Below, piece after piece: positions 13,650-27,500 of a stretch of 64,000 bases of DNA. This stretch comes from Octopus sinensis (taxonomy: Eukaryota): positions 65,534,001 to 65,598,000 of the forward strand of contig NC_043003.1 in NCBI RefSeq assembly GCF_006345805.1, given 5' to 3'. Positions within the stretch are counted from its first letter, which is position 1. Each line of letters begins with the position of its first letter. Under the pieces are notes generated by a model. The model worked only from the letters and a program-made list of their open reading frames with translations. It did not search any database and was not told where the DNA came from. The translations under genes and the position numbers were made by a program.

Positions 13650-13796
13650 GAGTAGCAGATAAATGGATAATGCATAGATAGGCAGATAAATAGATTGATA
13701 GCTAAATAAATAGAGAGATAAATAGGTAAATACATAGATTGATAAAAAGATAGATAGATGATATATAGAGATAGATAGATAGATAGATAGATAGAT

Positions 13797-13839
<43 letters not shown>

Positions 13840-13843
13840 TGAT

Positions 13844-13896
<53 letters not shown>
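13650..13896. repeat. (GATA)n microsatellite
   Basis: Direct reading. Confidence 0.9.
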
Positions 13897-14137
13897 AATG
13901 TGGGAATATTTGTAGTTTTCTTGAAATACACATACATATACAGCTGTGCGTGCGCATGCGTGAACGTGTGTGTGTGTGTGTGTATACTAGTGCGTGCGTG
14001 AAGGAAACTAAATCAACATGTTTATTAATATATGTACACGAATAAACATTAATCAGTCAATGCAGCGCTTATGCTAATAACTATCCACGCACTCAGACTC
14101 TCATACACACGCTCTCATTGGGATACATCCATAGACT

Positions 14138-14173
<36 letters not shown>

Positions 14174-14726
14174 TGTATGCATATATACATATGCATATAC
14201 ATACATTCATACATACATACGTTCGCATATCTAACCGTCAATACTAATATATATGTGTATGTATGTATGTATGTATGTATGTGTGTGTGTATGTTTATGT
14301 ATACTGATATATCTTGATAGTTTGTTATCAGTCGCACGTAAGGTGATTGATATGCCTGTATATTTTACATATAATATGGCGATGTTACACATACAGACAA
14401 TATTAATACCTTTGTACGCTTCATACTTATCCTCGTTCATATTCTTATATATAAAACGCGTGTGATTTGTGTTAGTGTGTATGTATTTGGGTCCGTGTAT
14501 CGCGGTGCATTAGCTAACAATTTATCAAACTTGTTTATTTTATCATACTTTATCCATGGTATATCCTTTTATTCACATATCAACAGCAATGAAAACGTCT
14601 CTGTTGTTACAGAAATAGACATCGATAGTAATAGGAGACATATTTGAAACAATACATAATACATACATACGTGCATACATACATAGAAGCATACGTACGT
14701 ATATATATATATATATAATATATATG

Positions 14727-14757
<31 letters not shown>

Positions 14758-14832
14758 ATATATTATATATATATATCTTCGAAAGGGTATGTTCTTATTT
14801 TCAGTGTTTCCAAATCCAAACCAAGGAATTTC

Positions 14833-14885
14833 TGAGCTGATGATAGAAGTGTTGTTTTTGACTAATCTTGAAACGTACGTTCTCA
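14833..14885 (+). ncRNA. Type I hammerhead ribozyme motif
   Basis: Stem I TGAG/CTCA, core CTGATGA, bulged stem II AGAAGT/ACTAATCT, GAAA, palindromic stem III ACGTACGT, GUU triplet. Lies in a ~290-bp island between (TA)n tracts. Confidence 0.6.
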
Positions 14886-15164
14886 AATAACCTTAGCATT
14901 TGATTTTTCGATGTCCTTACCCCCAAACTTTTGTGAGTTGAATTAAGCAAACACTATATATGAGAGAGATTTTCGTTAAGTATTAGAAATAGCTTTAAAA
15001 GTTTTTTAGCTGCTATTTCTAATGAGTTCAGTATGCGGCAAAGTAATTTATTTTACTAAGCCTTTTATATAATATATATATATATATATTATATATTATA
15101 AACATATATATATATATATATAAGCATATATATATGTTTTATATACATATTCTTTTATTGTTCT

Positions 15165-15560
15165 ATTCTTTTATTTGTTTCAGCCATTTGACTGCGGCCA
15201 TGCTGGAGCACCGCCTTAATTCAAGCAAACCTACCCCAGGACTTATTCTTTGTAAACCTAGTGCTAATTCTATCGTTCTCTTTCGCAGAATCTCTAAGCA
15301 TCGGTTGTCAAGCGATGTTCGGGGACAAACACACACACAGAAACACACACACACACACATACACACACACACACACACACGCACACACACATATATATAT
15401 ATATGACAGGCTTCTTTCAGTTTCTACCAAATCCATTCACAAGACTTTGGTCCGCCTGAGGCTATAGTAGAAAATGCTTGCTCAAGGTGCCACGCAGTGG
15501 GACTGAAACCGGAACCATGTGGTTGGTAAGCAAACTATTTTCCACACAGCCACTCCTATA
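15165..15560 (-). mobile_element. CORE-like tRNA SINE with internal (CA)n and gtgctccagcatggccgcagtcaaatg tail
   Basis: Head at 15400-15560 and tail at 15165-15330. Similar tails occur at 48820-49010, 51780-52000 and 53460-53720. Confidence 0.7.
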
Positions 15561-15589
15561 TATATATATACACACACACACATATATAT

Positions 15590-18500
15590 ATATATATATT
15601 TTTTTTTTTCTTTCGGATAAACACCCCCCACACACACCTACCTACATCCCACACGCCTGTTCAAACACACACATACGGATACACATCTACGTACACGCAT
15701 TCATACATCTAATCACACATACTTACAGACACACATGCACACACTAACATACAAACCAACACGCACATACATACACACATACATACACACACACATACAT
15801 ACTTACACACACACACACACAGACATACATACATACATACACACACACATACATACGTACACACACACACACACACACATCGCACATACATACTTCACAC
15901 ACCTATACTTACATACACACACACACATGCACACCTTTACACGAATGCACACACGCATACACCTATTCGCACCCAGGCAGCCCCCCCCCCTTTTTTTCTG
16001 CTTTCTAGTTTTGGTTGATGGATCCTCGGTTCCCGTGGAGCGGGTTGTTCGGGGGCCCCGCGCGCGCACGCCTTGGCGCGTGACGGGGGTTGGTCGGCCC
16101 CATGGGCTTGCGTTGTATTGCTTGTGTGTTGTGTGTGCGAGCGCGCTTCGTGTGTGTGGGCGTGCTTCGGTTGTGTGCGTGCGCATGTATACATACATAC
16201 CCACACACACGCATGCATCCCTACCCACACACATACACGCACACCTACTCACACACACACTTACACACACACATACACACACACACACATACTGCGCACA
16301 CACACACACATACATACACACACCATACCTACTTCAGACATACACACTCACAGACATACACCCATACTTCTCACACGAATACACACACACACCAAACACG
16401 CAACGCACACAATCACACACACACACACCTAAATAACATACATACACTTGTACACACACACACTTACATTCATACACCACACACACCTACACAGCCATAC
16501 CTTCACTCATACATACACACATACCTACACACACACACAAACACTCACAGACACACACCCATACATGCATACACCTAGACACACACGCCTACACACATAC
16601 ATAAACACATACATAAACACACACACATACACATACATATGCACACACACATATATTTACACACATGCACACACACACAGACATACATACATACACCCAC
16701 ACACATACACACACACATACTTACATACTCCTATACGCACATACATACACACAGACATACACACATACACACTCACACATACATACACACACACATACTT
16801 ACACACACACTCGCCTGCACGCGCACACACATGCATGACAAACACCCATACACTCACACTCACATACACACACACCAACATATACACGTACACGCAATCA
16901 TACACGCACCACACACACAACGCTACACACCTACATACACACACATGCATACACACACATACACGGACACACCCATACATACTTACATACATACACCTAT
17001 ACACACACGCCTACACACCTACATACACACACATGCATACACACACACACATGTACGCACATACACACACATATACGCACATACATATATACCTACACAC
17101 ATGCACACACACACACACACATACGCACACGCATGCATGCACGCACACGCGCACACCTACACGCATGTACGCATACATGCACACACACACACGCACGTAC
17201 ACATACATACATACATACACACATACATACACCCATACACATACATGCATCCTACACACACAGACATACACACTCACACACACATACACACACACACTCA
17301 CTCACACACCTGCATGTACGCGCACACACATGCCCATACACACACTTCCACACACACACACGTACATACATCTATACACACACATATACACACACACACA
17401 TATATAATATATATATTTTTTTTTTTTTTCTTTCGGATAAACACCCCACACACACCTACCTACATCCCACACGCCTGTTCAAACACACACATACGGATAC
17501 ACATCTACGTACACGCATTCATCATCTAATCACACATACTTACAGACACACATGCACACACTAACATACAAACCACACGCACATACATACACACATACAT
17601 ACACACACACATACATACTTACACACACACACACACAGACATCATACATACATACACACACACATACATACGTACACACACACACACCACACACATCGCA
17701 CATACATACTTCACACACCTATACTTACATACACACACACACTGCACACCTTTACACGAATGCACACACGCATACACCTATTCGCACCCGCAGCCCCCCC
17801 CCCTTTTTTTCTGCTTTCTAGTTTTGGTTGATGGATCCTCGGTTCCCGTGAGCGGGTTGTTCGGGGGCCCCGCGCGCGCACGCCTTGGCGCGTGACGGGG
17901 GTTGGTCGGCCCCATGGGCTTGCGTTGTATTGCTTGTGTGTTGTGTGTGCGAGCGCGCTTCGTGTGTGTGGGCGTGCTTCGGTTGTGTGCGTGCGCATGT
18001 ATACATACATACCCACACACACGCATGCATCCCTACCCACACACATACACGCACACCTACTCACACACACACTTACACACACACATACACACACACACAC
18101 ATACCTGCGCACACACACACACATACATACACACACATACCTACTTCAGACATACACACTCACAGACATACACCCATACTTCTCACACGAATACACACAC
18201 ACACACATACACACGCACACGCACACATACACACACACACACACCTAAATACATACATTACACTTGTACACACACACACTTACATTCATACCACACACAC
18301 CTACACAGCCATACCTTCACTCTACATACACACATACCTACACACACACACAACACTCACAGACACACACCCATACATGCATACACCTAGACACACACGC
18401 CTACACACATACATAAACACATACATAAACCACACACATACACTACATATGCACACACACATATATTTACACACATGCCACACACACACAGACATACATA

Positions 18501-19220
18501 CATACACCCACACACATACACACACCATACTTACATACTCCTATACGCACATACATACACACAAGACATACACACATACACACTCACACATACATACACA
18601 CACACATACTTACACACACACTCGCCTGCACGCGCACACACATGCATGACAACACCCATACACTCACACTCACATACACACACACCAACATATACACGTA
18701 CACGCACACATACACGCACACACACACACACGACGCCTACACCCCTACATCACACACATGCATACACACACATACACGGACACACCCATACATACTTACA
18801 TACATACACCTATACACACACGCCTACACACCTACATACACACACATGCATACACACACACACATGTACGCACATACACACACATATACGCACATACATA
18901 TATACTACACACATGCACACACACACACAACACATACGCACAACAGCATGCATGCACGCACACGCCGCACACCTACACGCATGTACGCATACATGCACAC
19001 ACACACACACGCACGTACACATACATACATACATACACACATACATACACCCATACACATACATGCATCCTACACACAGACATACACACTCACACACACC
19101 ACACCACACCCTCACTCCACACACCTGCATGTACGCGCGCACACACATGCCCATACACACACTTCCACACACAACACACGTACATACATCTATACACACA
19201 CATATACACACACACATACT
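15590..19220. repeat. Tandem duplication of a ~1.82 kb CA/TA-rich unit with GC-rich core
   Basis: ttttctttcggataaacacccc starts both units (~15600 and ~17420). The GC core at 15970-16185 recurs at 17785-17997. Copy 2 has many 1-2 nt indels. Confidence 0.85.
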
Positions 19221-19309
19221 TACATACATTCATCGGACACACTGACACTCAGACTTACACACAGACACACTCACACATCCACACACATACATGCTCACAC
19301 ACGCAATCG

Positions 19310-20295
19310 CAGGCGCGCGCACATGCTCGCTTGTGCGCGTTCGCGCACGCATACACGCACGCTTGTACCTCGCTCATGGTTGACCGACCGGATCTCCTCT
19401 CCGTATCTGGGGCCGGCGCGTTGTCTTTGGGTTTTCCCACGCCTGTCGCCGCGGGACCACTCTTCCATCTTCCCCCTCCTCTCCCCCCCTTCGCTGCAGT
19501 TCTTTTTCCCTTAACCCCCCCTTTTGTACACACACGCACACACATACACACACCCACTCACACACACACATTTGCATATATATACACATTACACTTACAC
19601 ACACTTCAAATTTACTTGCCACACACACAACTACGCACGCTGGACATATACCACACGCACACACTCACACATACATACACACGCACACACACATACCTCC
19701 CTGTTTCTGATCTGCCTTTCCGACTTGCTGGGGTACCCCCACCCCACTCCTTTAATTCTACTACTGCCCGCTACTAGTCATTGTCTACCATACACACACA
19801 TACATACACGCACACACTCACACATACATACACACGCACACACACATACCTCCCTGCTTCTGATCTGCCTTTCTGACCTGCTAGGGTACCCTCACACCAC
19901 TCCTTTAATTCTACTACTGCTTGCTACTAGCCATTGTCCACCATACACACACATACACACACACGCACACTCACACACACACACGATCATCTCGCAACAC
20001 CTTTTTTTACCATTCCCTCATTGATTCAGCTCTCCTGTTTTTAAAAAACATTTTCCTCCATTTTAATACTTCCGTCTTTTCAGTATGTGACCTCGTGAAG
20101 ACGACCTGCAATTTTTTTTCCTCTGTCCTCCGTCTCGGGATCTTTCTTTCTTTCTCTTATGTTTTCCGACCGAGAGCTCCGCTCGAAACGTCATACCTCC
20201 TTCTTCCATTTTCCTGAGCGCCTAATAATAATAATACTGTAATTGTTCCACGTGTTGTTGTTTTTTCTGTTTTCCCGTTTGGATTAACCTTATAT
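19310..20295 (+). mobile_element. Non-autonomous PLE-associated CA-rich element with pseudo-LTR
   Basis: Colinear with 30175-31050. Ends gagctccgctcgaaacgtcatacc...ttggattaaccttatat. HHR core is mutated (20162-20196). Internal ~154-bp tandem duplication at 19652-19960. Confidence 0.6.
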
Positions 20296-20301
20296 ATATT
20301 A

Positions 20302-20354
<53 letters not shown>

Positions 20355-20359
20355 TATAT

Positions 20360-20445
<86 letters not shown>

Positions 20446-20844
20446 ACATACTCACACACTACTAAGATGGATGCAAAACATGAATTATGGTGGATGTGCT
20501 TTATATATTCAGTTGACAGCAATACTTGACAAGTGTTACTACGAAACGATAAAATAAACCAATACAAACTTAACAGGATCTGAACTTCAAACGTAAAGAA
20601 CTGGAATTCATTATTACGGCTTACCTTGCTCGTTTCTGTTAAGATTCCAGCCAACAATATATGGATTTGGAACATAGACATAAGCCTTTAAAATTTAAGT
20701 ACACTTATATTCCCTGCATGGCAGTTTGGGCAATTGTTTTCTACTTTATTCTTTTCTTCTTTCAGTCATTTGACAGCGACCATTCTAGGGCACGACCTTG
20801 TAAGATTTTAGTCGAAAGAATAGTGCGTAGTAAAGGCGTAGTAA

Positions 20845-21265
20845 AAGCTGCTGGTAGGATGGTTAGCACGCCAGGCGAACTGCTTTGTAGTATTTCGTCC
20901 ACCGCTACGTTCTGAGTTCAAATTCCGCCGAGGCCGACTTTGCCTTTCATCCTTTCATCCTTTCGGGTTCGATTATATAAGTACCAGTTACACACTGAGG
21001 TTGATGTAATCAACATAATCCATTTATCTGTCCTTGTTTGTCCTCTCTGTGCTTAGCCCCTTGTGGGTAATAAAGAAATAGGTATTTCGTCTGCCCCTAT
21101 GTTCTGAGTTCAAATTCCGCCGAGGTCGTCTTTGCCTTTCATCCTTTTGGGATCGATAAATTAAGTACCATTTACACACTGGGGTCGATGTAATCGCCAT
21201 AATTCGTTTGTCTGTCCTTGTTTGTCCCCTCTATGTTTAGCCCTTTGTGGGTAGTAAAGAAATAA
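20845..21265 (+). mobile_element. Tandem pair of tRNA SINEs (ttcatcctttcggggtcgat core)
   Basis: A full copy at ~20845-21082 is followed by a 5'-truncated copy at ~21083-21265. Both end aagaaata. Confidence 0.85.
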
Positions 21266-21426
21266 GAATTGAGCGTAATACTTAATTTTTAAACCTGGTA
21301 CTTATTTTATCGGATTCTTTTGCCGAACCGCTAGTTTATAATGACGTAAAGAAACCAACACAGTCGCCAAACAGTGGACCGGGGATAAGAACATATACAA
21401 AAAACACATACACTTCAATACATACA

Positions 21427-21461
<35 letters not shown>

Positions 21462-21474
21462 GTAAATATATATA

Positions 21475-22718
21475 TGTAGAGGTTGGACAAAATAATGGAA
21501 GCAATTAAAATTTCACACAAATTGACTTTAATATGGGGTAGGGCAGCCTTTGGCAGTAATTACAGCCGGAATTCTACGAGATATGGACTCGTTCAAAGTC
21601 TCTGTTGTTTCCAAAGGAATTTTTGTTCATCCTTCAGTTAAAACGGTCTCTAGTTCTTGTAGTGATGATGGTGGAGCATATCGACTCCTTACTTGTTTTC
21701 CTAAAATATATCATAAATATTCAATAATATTGAGATCTGGGGGCTGTGATGGCCAGATACGATGTTCAACTCCACTAGAATGTTCCTCGTGCCATTCAGT
21801 AACAACTTTAACGGTGTGAATTGGTGCATTATCACCCGGAAATTTTGCGTTTCCCTCCGGAAACAGTTCCGCAACCATAGGATGAATTTAATCAAACAAA
21901 ATGCTTAAATAGTCTTGACTATTAGTTCTGCCTTGAAGCGAAACCATTGGGGAGGCGGATTTCCAGGTTATAGCCCTCCCCTCAGATCATCACAGATCCT
22001 CCTCCATGTTTAACAGTTGGAAGAAAGCAGTCTGGGTCAAATGCTTCTTTTTCCTGTCCCTACACTTATACTCGGCCGCTAGTCAGAAAAGATGACTCGA
22101 CCGAGAAAATTACATTCTTCTACTGCTCTAGGGACCAATTCCGTAGGTTTTTACTCCACTCTGAACGCTTTGCAACGCTTGTTTTTGAAAGTAGTGGTTT
22201 TCTGATTGCAGGCCTCCCGTGAAATCCGGCTTTATGCAGCTCCCGCCGAACATTTTTTTTGTGGAAACTGGGTTCTCAAGATAGTCATTAATCTCTGCAA
22301 TAATTTTAGGAGCTGTACTTTTGTGATCCTTTCTAACAATTCAAGTAAGGATCCGACGGTACCTATCTGAAAGTTTTAGTTTTCTTTCGGAGCTCTGTTT
22401 CTATGAGGAGCTTTTCCCCTCTTTCTCAAAGGCTGTCATTACTTTCGAGACAGTACTTCTTGATACACTAAACATTTCGGTTGTTTTCGTTGCGCTAGCG
22501 TCTGCCATACGAGCACCAACATTTTGACCGCTTTGAAAGTCCGATAGGTCTATCATTTTAATGAATTTTAATTAGTTTTTTCTAATGATATCTGAAAACA
22601 AACAGCAATTTTAGCAAAACATTAAGCAACACTATTAATATATACAGAAAAAAAATAAACAAGCTTTTGGAGGTTTTATAGATATTTCAAAATTATGATG
22701 CTATGATGCAAGTTGTAC
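21475..22718 (-). mobile_element. Tc1-family DNA transposon, degenerate
   Basis: TIR-like end agaggttggacaaaataatggaa at ~21478. The opposite TIR is not recognisable. Contains a transposase pseudogene. Confidence 0.85.
21528..22556 (-). pseudogene. Tc1 DD(34)E-type transposase pseudogene
   Basis: Hand translation gives MIDLSDFQSGQNVGARM...VSRSTVSKV...RKPLLSK...VIFSVES...TVKHGGGSVMI...DNAPIH...WPSQPPDLNIIE...AKGCPTPY, with stops and frameshifts. Confidence 0.9.
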
Positions 22719-22859
22719 GTGTGTGTATATATATATATATATACACACACATATATATTTATGTACATATATATATATATATATAATATATATATATATA
22801 AATAAATATATATATATATATATAGTATATGTATATATATATATGTATATACATATATA

Positions 22860-22907
<48 letters not shown>

Positions 22908-22928
22908 TATATATATATGCATATATAT

Positions 22929-23007
<79 letters not shown>

Positions 23008-23177
23008 TGTGAAATAGAAAGATGAATAATCTTGTAGTAGATTAATCAAAAGTTTAACCGATACCTTAGTAGCAAAAATCACAGCAGTGAACAGCACGGT
23101 TGGAGGTACAACCATGGCGTTGCAACCGTGCGTTGGTGCGGATAATTGAAATAAAACATTATTGGTGAATTGAAGAA

Positions 23178-23249
23178 ATGGAGCTGAACGCAGATTGAAC
23201 AGAAATCGTTTTATAAAACGATTTCTGTTCAATCTGCGTTCAGCTCCAT
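23178..23249. repeat. Perfect 72-bp palindrome (36-bp arms, no spacer)
   Basis: atggagctgaacgcagattgaacagaaatcgtttta|taaaacgatttctgttcaatctgcgttcagctccat. Confidence 0.95.
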
Positions 23250-23420
23250 ATATATATATATATATATATCAAGGATGATCTTCGTTTAGTTTTCGTCTGG
23301 CAAATCCACTAACAAGACTTTGCTAAGCTGGGGAATATAGTAGAATATGCTACAAGTTTAACCGATCCCTGAACCATATGATTGAGTAGTAAACTTCTTA
23401 CCACAGAGCCACGCCTGTAT

Positions 23421-23461
<41 letters not shown>

Positions 23462-23467
<6 letters not shown>

Positions 23468-25277
23468 TAGATATGTTTCGACCAAAGATTGGTCCAGGCC
23501 ATGTCTAACTTAATAGCACCACCTGATAGGATTATTCGAATCCTGTTTAAGTCAAGTTTTGTTTATGGTCCATTCAAGTAGTGAGTTCTTGTTCGGTGAG
23601 TTGTATCCAATTATGGGTGGCTTATCTGGTATTCTTTGAAGGAATCTATCCAGACTCCATTGAAAGTTGATGGGATCCTTTTCTTCTTTGATCTCTTTCG
23701 GGACAATGTTAAATAGGGCAGGGCCTGTTGAGGAAAAGAAATTATGGTGCAGTGTACATGTATGCTGTGATCTTGAATTGGGCAGGGGACGTATGGCCCG
23801 AGGTCCCAGTCTTAGATGAATCTTGAAGCTAATGTTCAGGTCGTTTGGGCAAAGTTGGTGGTATATTCTCCACATCGTACAATTGATGTACAGCACACGG
23901 CGACGCTGGAGAGAGTAAAGTTTCAAGGCTTTAAGGCGATCCCAATAATCGAGAGCAGCCATGCCTTCAATTCGTTTAGTGAGTGCCCTCTGGGGTGACT
24001 CAATCCTCGAGATGTTTTGTCTTGTATGGGGAGACCACAGTGGGCAGCAGTATTCGAGGTGTGGCCGTACAAAGGAGGAGAAAAGTGGTGATGACACCTT
24101 GTTCTCTGGACCGGAAAGTACTTAAGATCCAGGAACTCATCCTACGAGCTATATCGACCTTCTTGTTGATGTGTGCACTCCAACAGAGATCGTCATCAAC
24201 AATTACACTCAGGTCTCTGATATTGTTAGAGGCTGTGAGCGGTTCCCCTGAAGGAAGAGAGTATGGCTGTTTTAGTGAGGAATTTCTTCCAAAATGCATC
24301 AGCTCAAATTTTCCCTCATTCAGTTGCATTTTGTTTCTGTCTGCCCATTGAATCACAGCATATAGATCAGACTGGAGTTGAGTTCGGTCTGCTTCTTCAT
24401 TGACGATTTGCTGGAGCTTAGTGTCATCAGCGAATATTTTCACTTTGCAGTAATGTACGACACTGGAAAGGTCGTTTATGTAAATTATGAAGAGTAGCGG
24501 ACCCAAGACACCGCTGGTGACTTTTGCTGAGCTTGAGTGGACTCCATCAACTACAACATGTTGTGTTCTATTCGCCAGGAAATACTTAATCCAGTGTAGA
24601 ACTTTTCCACGGATTCCAGTATTTGCCAATTTTGAGAGTAGGATATTATGGTTTACCCTGTCGAACGCTTTACTGAAGTCAAGATATATGACGTCAGAGT
24701 TCGAACCTGTTCCCAAGGCTTTGAGTACATCTTCAACGTGGTGTAAGAGCTGTGTTAGACAGTCCCTGCCACAGCGAAAGTCATGCTGATTTGCATTTAA
24801 GAGTTTGTGGGTCTCCAGGAAGTCAGCTATCCTTGATCTTAACACTCTTTCAAAAACTTTAATGATGTGGGAGGTGAGTGAGATTGGGCGATAGTTGAGT
24901 GCGAGGAATATGTTTCCCTGTTTGAAAACCGGGATAAAGACTGTTTCGGTATATAACCTGCGTCTAACGAATTTCTCCAGAGGTTGGTCAGAGGGACTGC
25001 AAGTTGGTGTCTACATTCCTTCAGGAGACTAGCGGGGAATCTATCAGGGTCTACAGCAGAGTAGTATTTGACCTCATTTATTGCTGCTATGAAGTCAGTG
25101 GCAGTGAAGGTTATGTCTGAGATTTTATGTTGGGAGTCAACTTCGTTCGCTTCTCTTACGTCAATATCAGTGGGAACACTAAAGGCAGAGCAGTATTGTT
25201 TCTGCAGTATTTCTGCCATTTTTTTAGCATCGTGTTGGGGAATGCCGTTATCATCAATCAATGGCCCAATGGGTGAG

Positions 25278-25281
<4 letters not shown>
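23462..25281 (-). mobile_element. 5'-truncated CR1-group LINE (ORF2 RT pseudogene), copy 1
   Basis: Motifs YLDFSKAFDRV, LGPLLFIIYINDL, FADDTK, RPHLEYCCPLWSP and YSLQRRR. Frameshifted and lacks PQGTV through an in-frame deletion. Flanked by (TA)n. Confidence 0.92.
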
Positions 25282-25376
<95 letters not shown>

Positions 25377-25395
25377 ATATAATATATATATATAT

Positions 25396-25426
<31 letters not shown>

Positions 25427-25427
25427 G

Positions 25428-25487
<60 letters not shown>

Positions 25488-26212
25488 TATACATATATAC
25501 ATACATACGTACACACACACTCACACGACAGCCGTATGGTTTTGCTTTGACCCAGCAAAAGTTGCCAATAGATAAGGCTTTAAAAATTCCTAAGTACTGA
25601 GATCAATTCATTCGACTAAATTTCTTCAATATAGTGCCCCAGCATGGCCACAATACAGGTACTGGAGCAAGGAACATATTAGAGAAATTGCCCTCTAAAT
25701 TTGACCGGAACCTATTTTGAGCCTAGAAGGATAAAAACAGTGACGAACTAGATGCCATTTTAAGTCATATTATGAATGTGTGCGATGAAAAACGATAAAC
25801 GCATTTTATTGATCGCACTAATACTCCTGCCAAGTACACGAAAAAGTGAACTCAAACATTTTAGAAACCTATATATGCTATATATTTAATATTTAACATT
25901 TTAGTCTGAAAAGCGTTCAACGGAAATGAAGCAGTTCATTCTATGGATAACAGGCTGACATGGCTTTACAGTTAACACGTAGTATTTCTTAGATGCTACC
26001 GCGCGATTCATTTTACGTAATCTACTCTCAGGTTTTCCATTCGCTTTCAAATGGAATCCGACGTATACGTGATGTGTGCGTGAGCGTTTGTGTACCCGTG
26101 TGTATGCGTGTATGCGAGTATGTTTTTATTTACATATATAAGTATGATTATTGATATATGTATGTATATATATATATATATATATATAAAAGTATATATA
26201 TATATGTATATT

Positions 26213-26258
<46 letters not shown>

Positions 26259-27352
26259 TGTTCATCCTTCAGTTAAAACGGTCTCTAGTTCTTGTAGTGA
26301 TGATGGTGGAGCATATCGACTCCTTACTTGTTTTCCTAAAATATATCATAAATATTCAATAATATTGAGATCTGGGGGCTGTGATGGCCAGATACGATGT
26401 TCAACTCCACTAGAATGTTCCTCGTGCCATTCAGTAACAACTTTAACGGTGTGAATTGGTGCAATATCACCCGGAAAGTTTGCGTTTCCCTCCGGAAACC
26501 GTTCCGCAACCATAGGATGAATTTAATCAAACAAAATGCTTAAATAGTCTTGACTATTAGTTCTGCCTTGAAGCGAAACCATTGGGGAGGCGGATTTCCA
26601 GGTTATAGCCCTCCCCTCAGATCATCACAGATCCTCCTCCATGTTTAACAGTTGGAAGAAAGCAGTCTGGGTCAAATGCTTCTTTTTCCTGTCCCTACAC
26701 TTATACTCGGCCGCTAGTCAGAAAAGATGACTCGACCGAGAAAATTACATTCTTCTACTGCTCTAGGGACCAATTCCGTAGGTTTTTACTCCACTCTGAA
26801 CGCTTTGCAACGCTTGTTTTTGAAAGTAGTGGTTTTCTGATTGCAGGCCTCCCGTGAAATCCGGCTTTATGCAGCTCCCGCCGAACATTTTTTTTTCTGG
26901 AAACTGGGTTCTCAAGATAATCATTAATCTCTGCAATAATTTTAGGAGCTGTACTTTTGTAATCCTTTCTAACAATTCACGTAAGGGTCCAACGGTACCA
27001 ATCTGAAAGTTTTAGTTTTCTTTCGGAGCTCTCTTTCTATGAGGAGCTTTGCCCCTCTTTCTCAAAGGCTGTCATTACTTTCGAGACAGTACTTTTTGAT
27101 ACACCAAACATTTCGGCTGTCTTCGTTGCGCTAGCGTCTGCCATACCAGCACCAACATTTTGACCGCTTTGAAAGTCCGATAGATCTATCATTTTAATGA
27201 ATTTTAATTAGCTTTTTCTAATGATATCTGAAAACAAACAGCAATTTTAGCAAAACATTAAGCAACACTAATAATATATAAAGAAAAAAAAACAAGCTTT
27301 TGGAGGTTTTATAGATATTTCAAAATTATGATGCTATGATGCAAGGTGTACG
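26259..27352 (-). mobile_element. Tc1 transposon, duplicated partial copy
   Basis: Near-identical to 21624-22718 and begins mid-element at the duplication junction. Confidence 0.88.
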
Positions 27353-27365
27353 TGTGTGTATATAT

Positions 27366-27401
<36 letters not shown>

Positions 27402-27418
27402 GTACATATAATATATAT

Positions 27419-27498
<80 letters not shown>

Positions 27499-27500
<2 letters not shown>

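Noticed and set aside
15735-19777. Long His/Thr-rich ORFs of up to 339 aa
   Set aside because: They are translations of CA/TA low-complexity tracts that lack stops by composition, and frames are not conserved between the duplicate units.
20845-21265. Repeat-spacer pattern suggestive of CRISPR
   Set aside because: These are tandem SINE copies in eukaryotic DNA, with no constant short repeat, unique spacers or cas genes.
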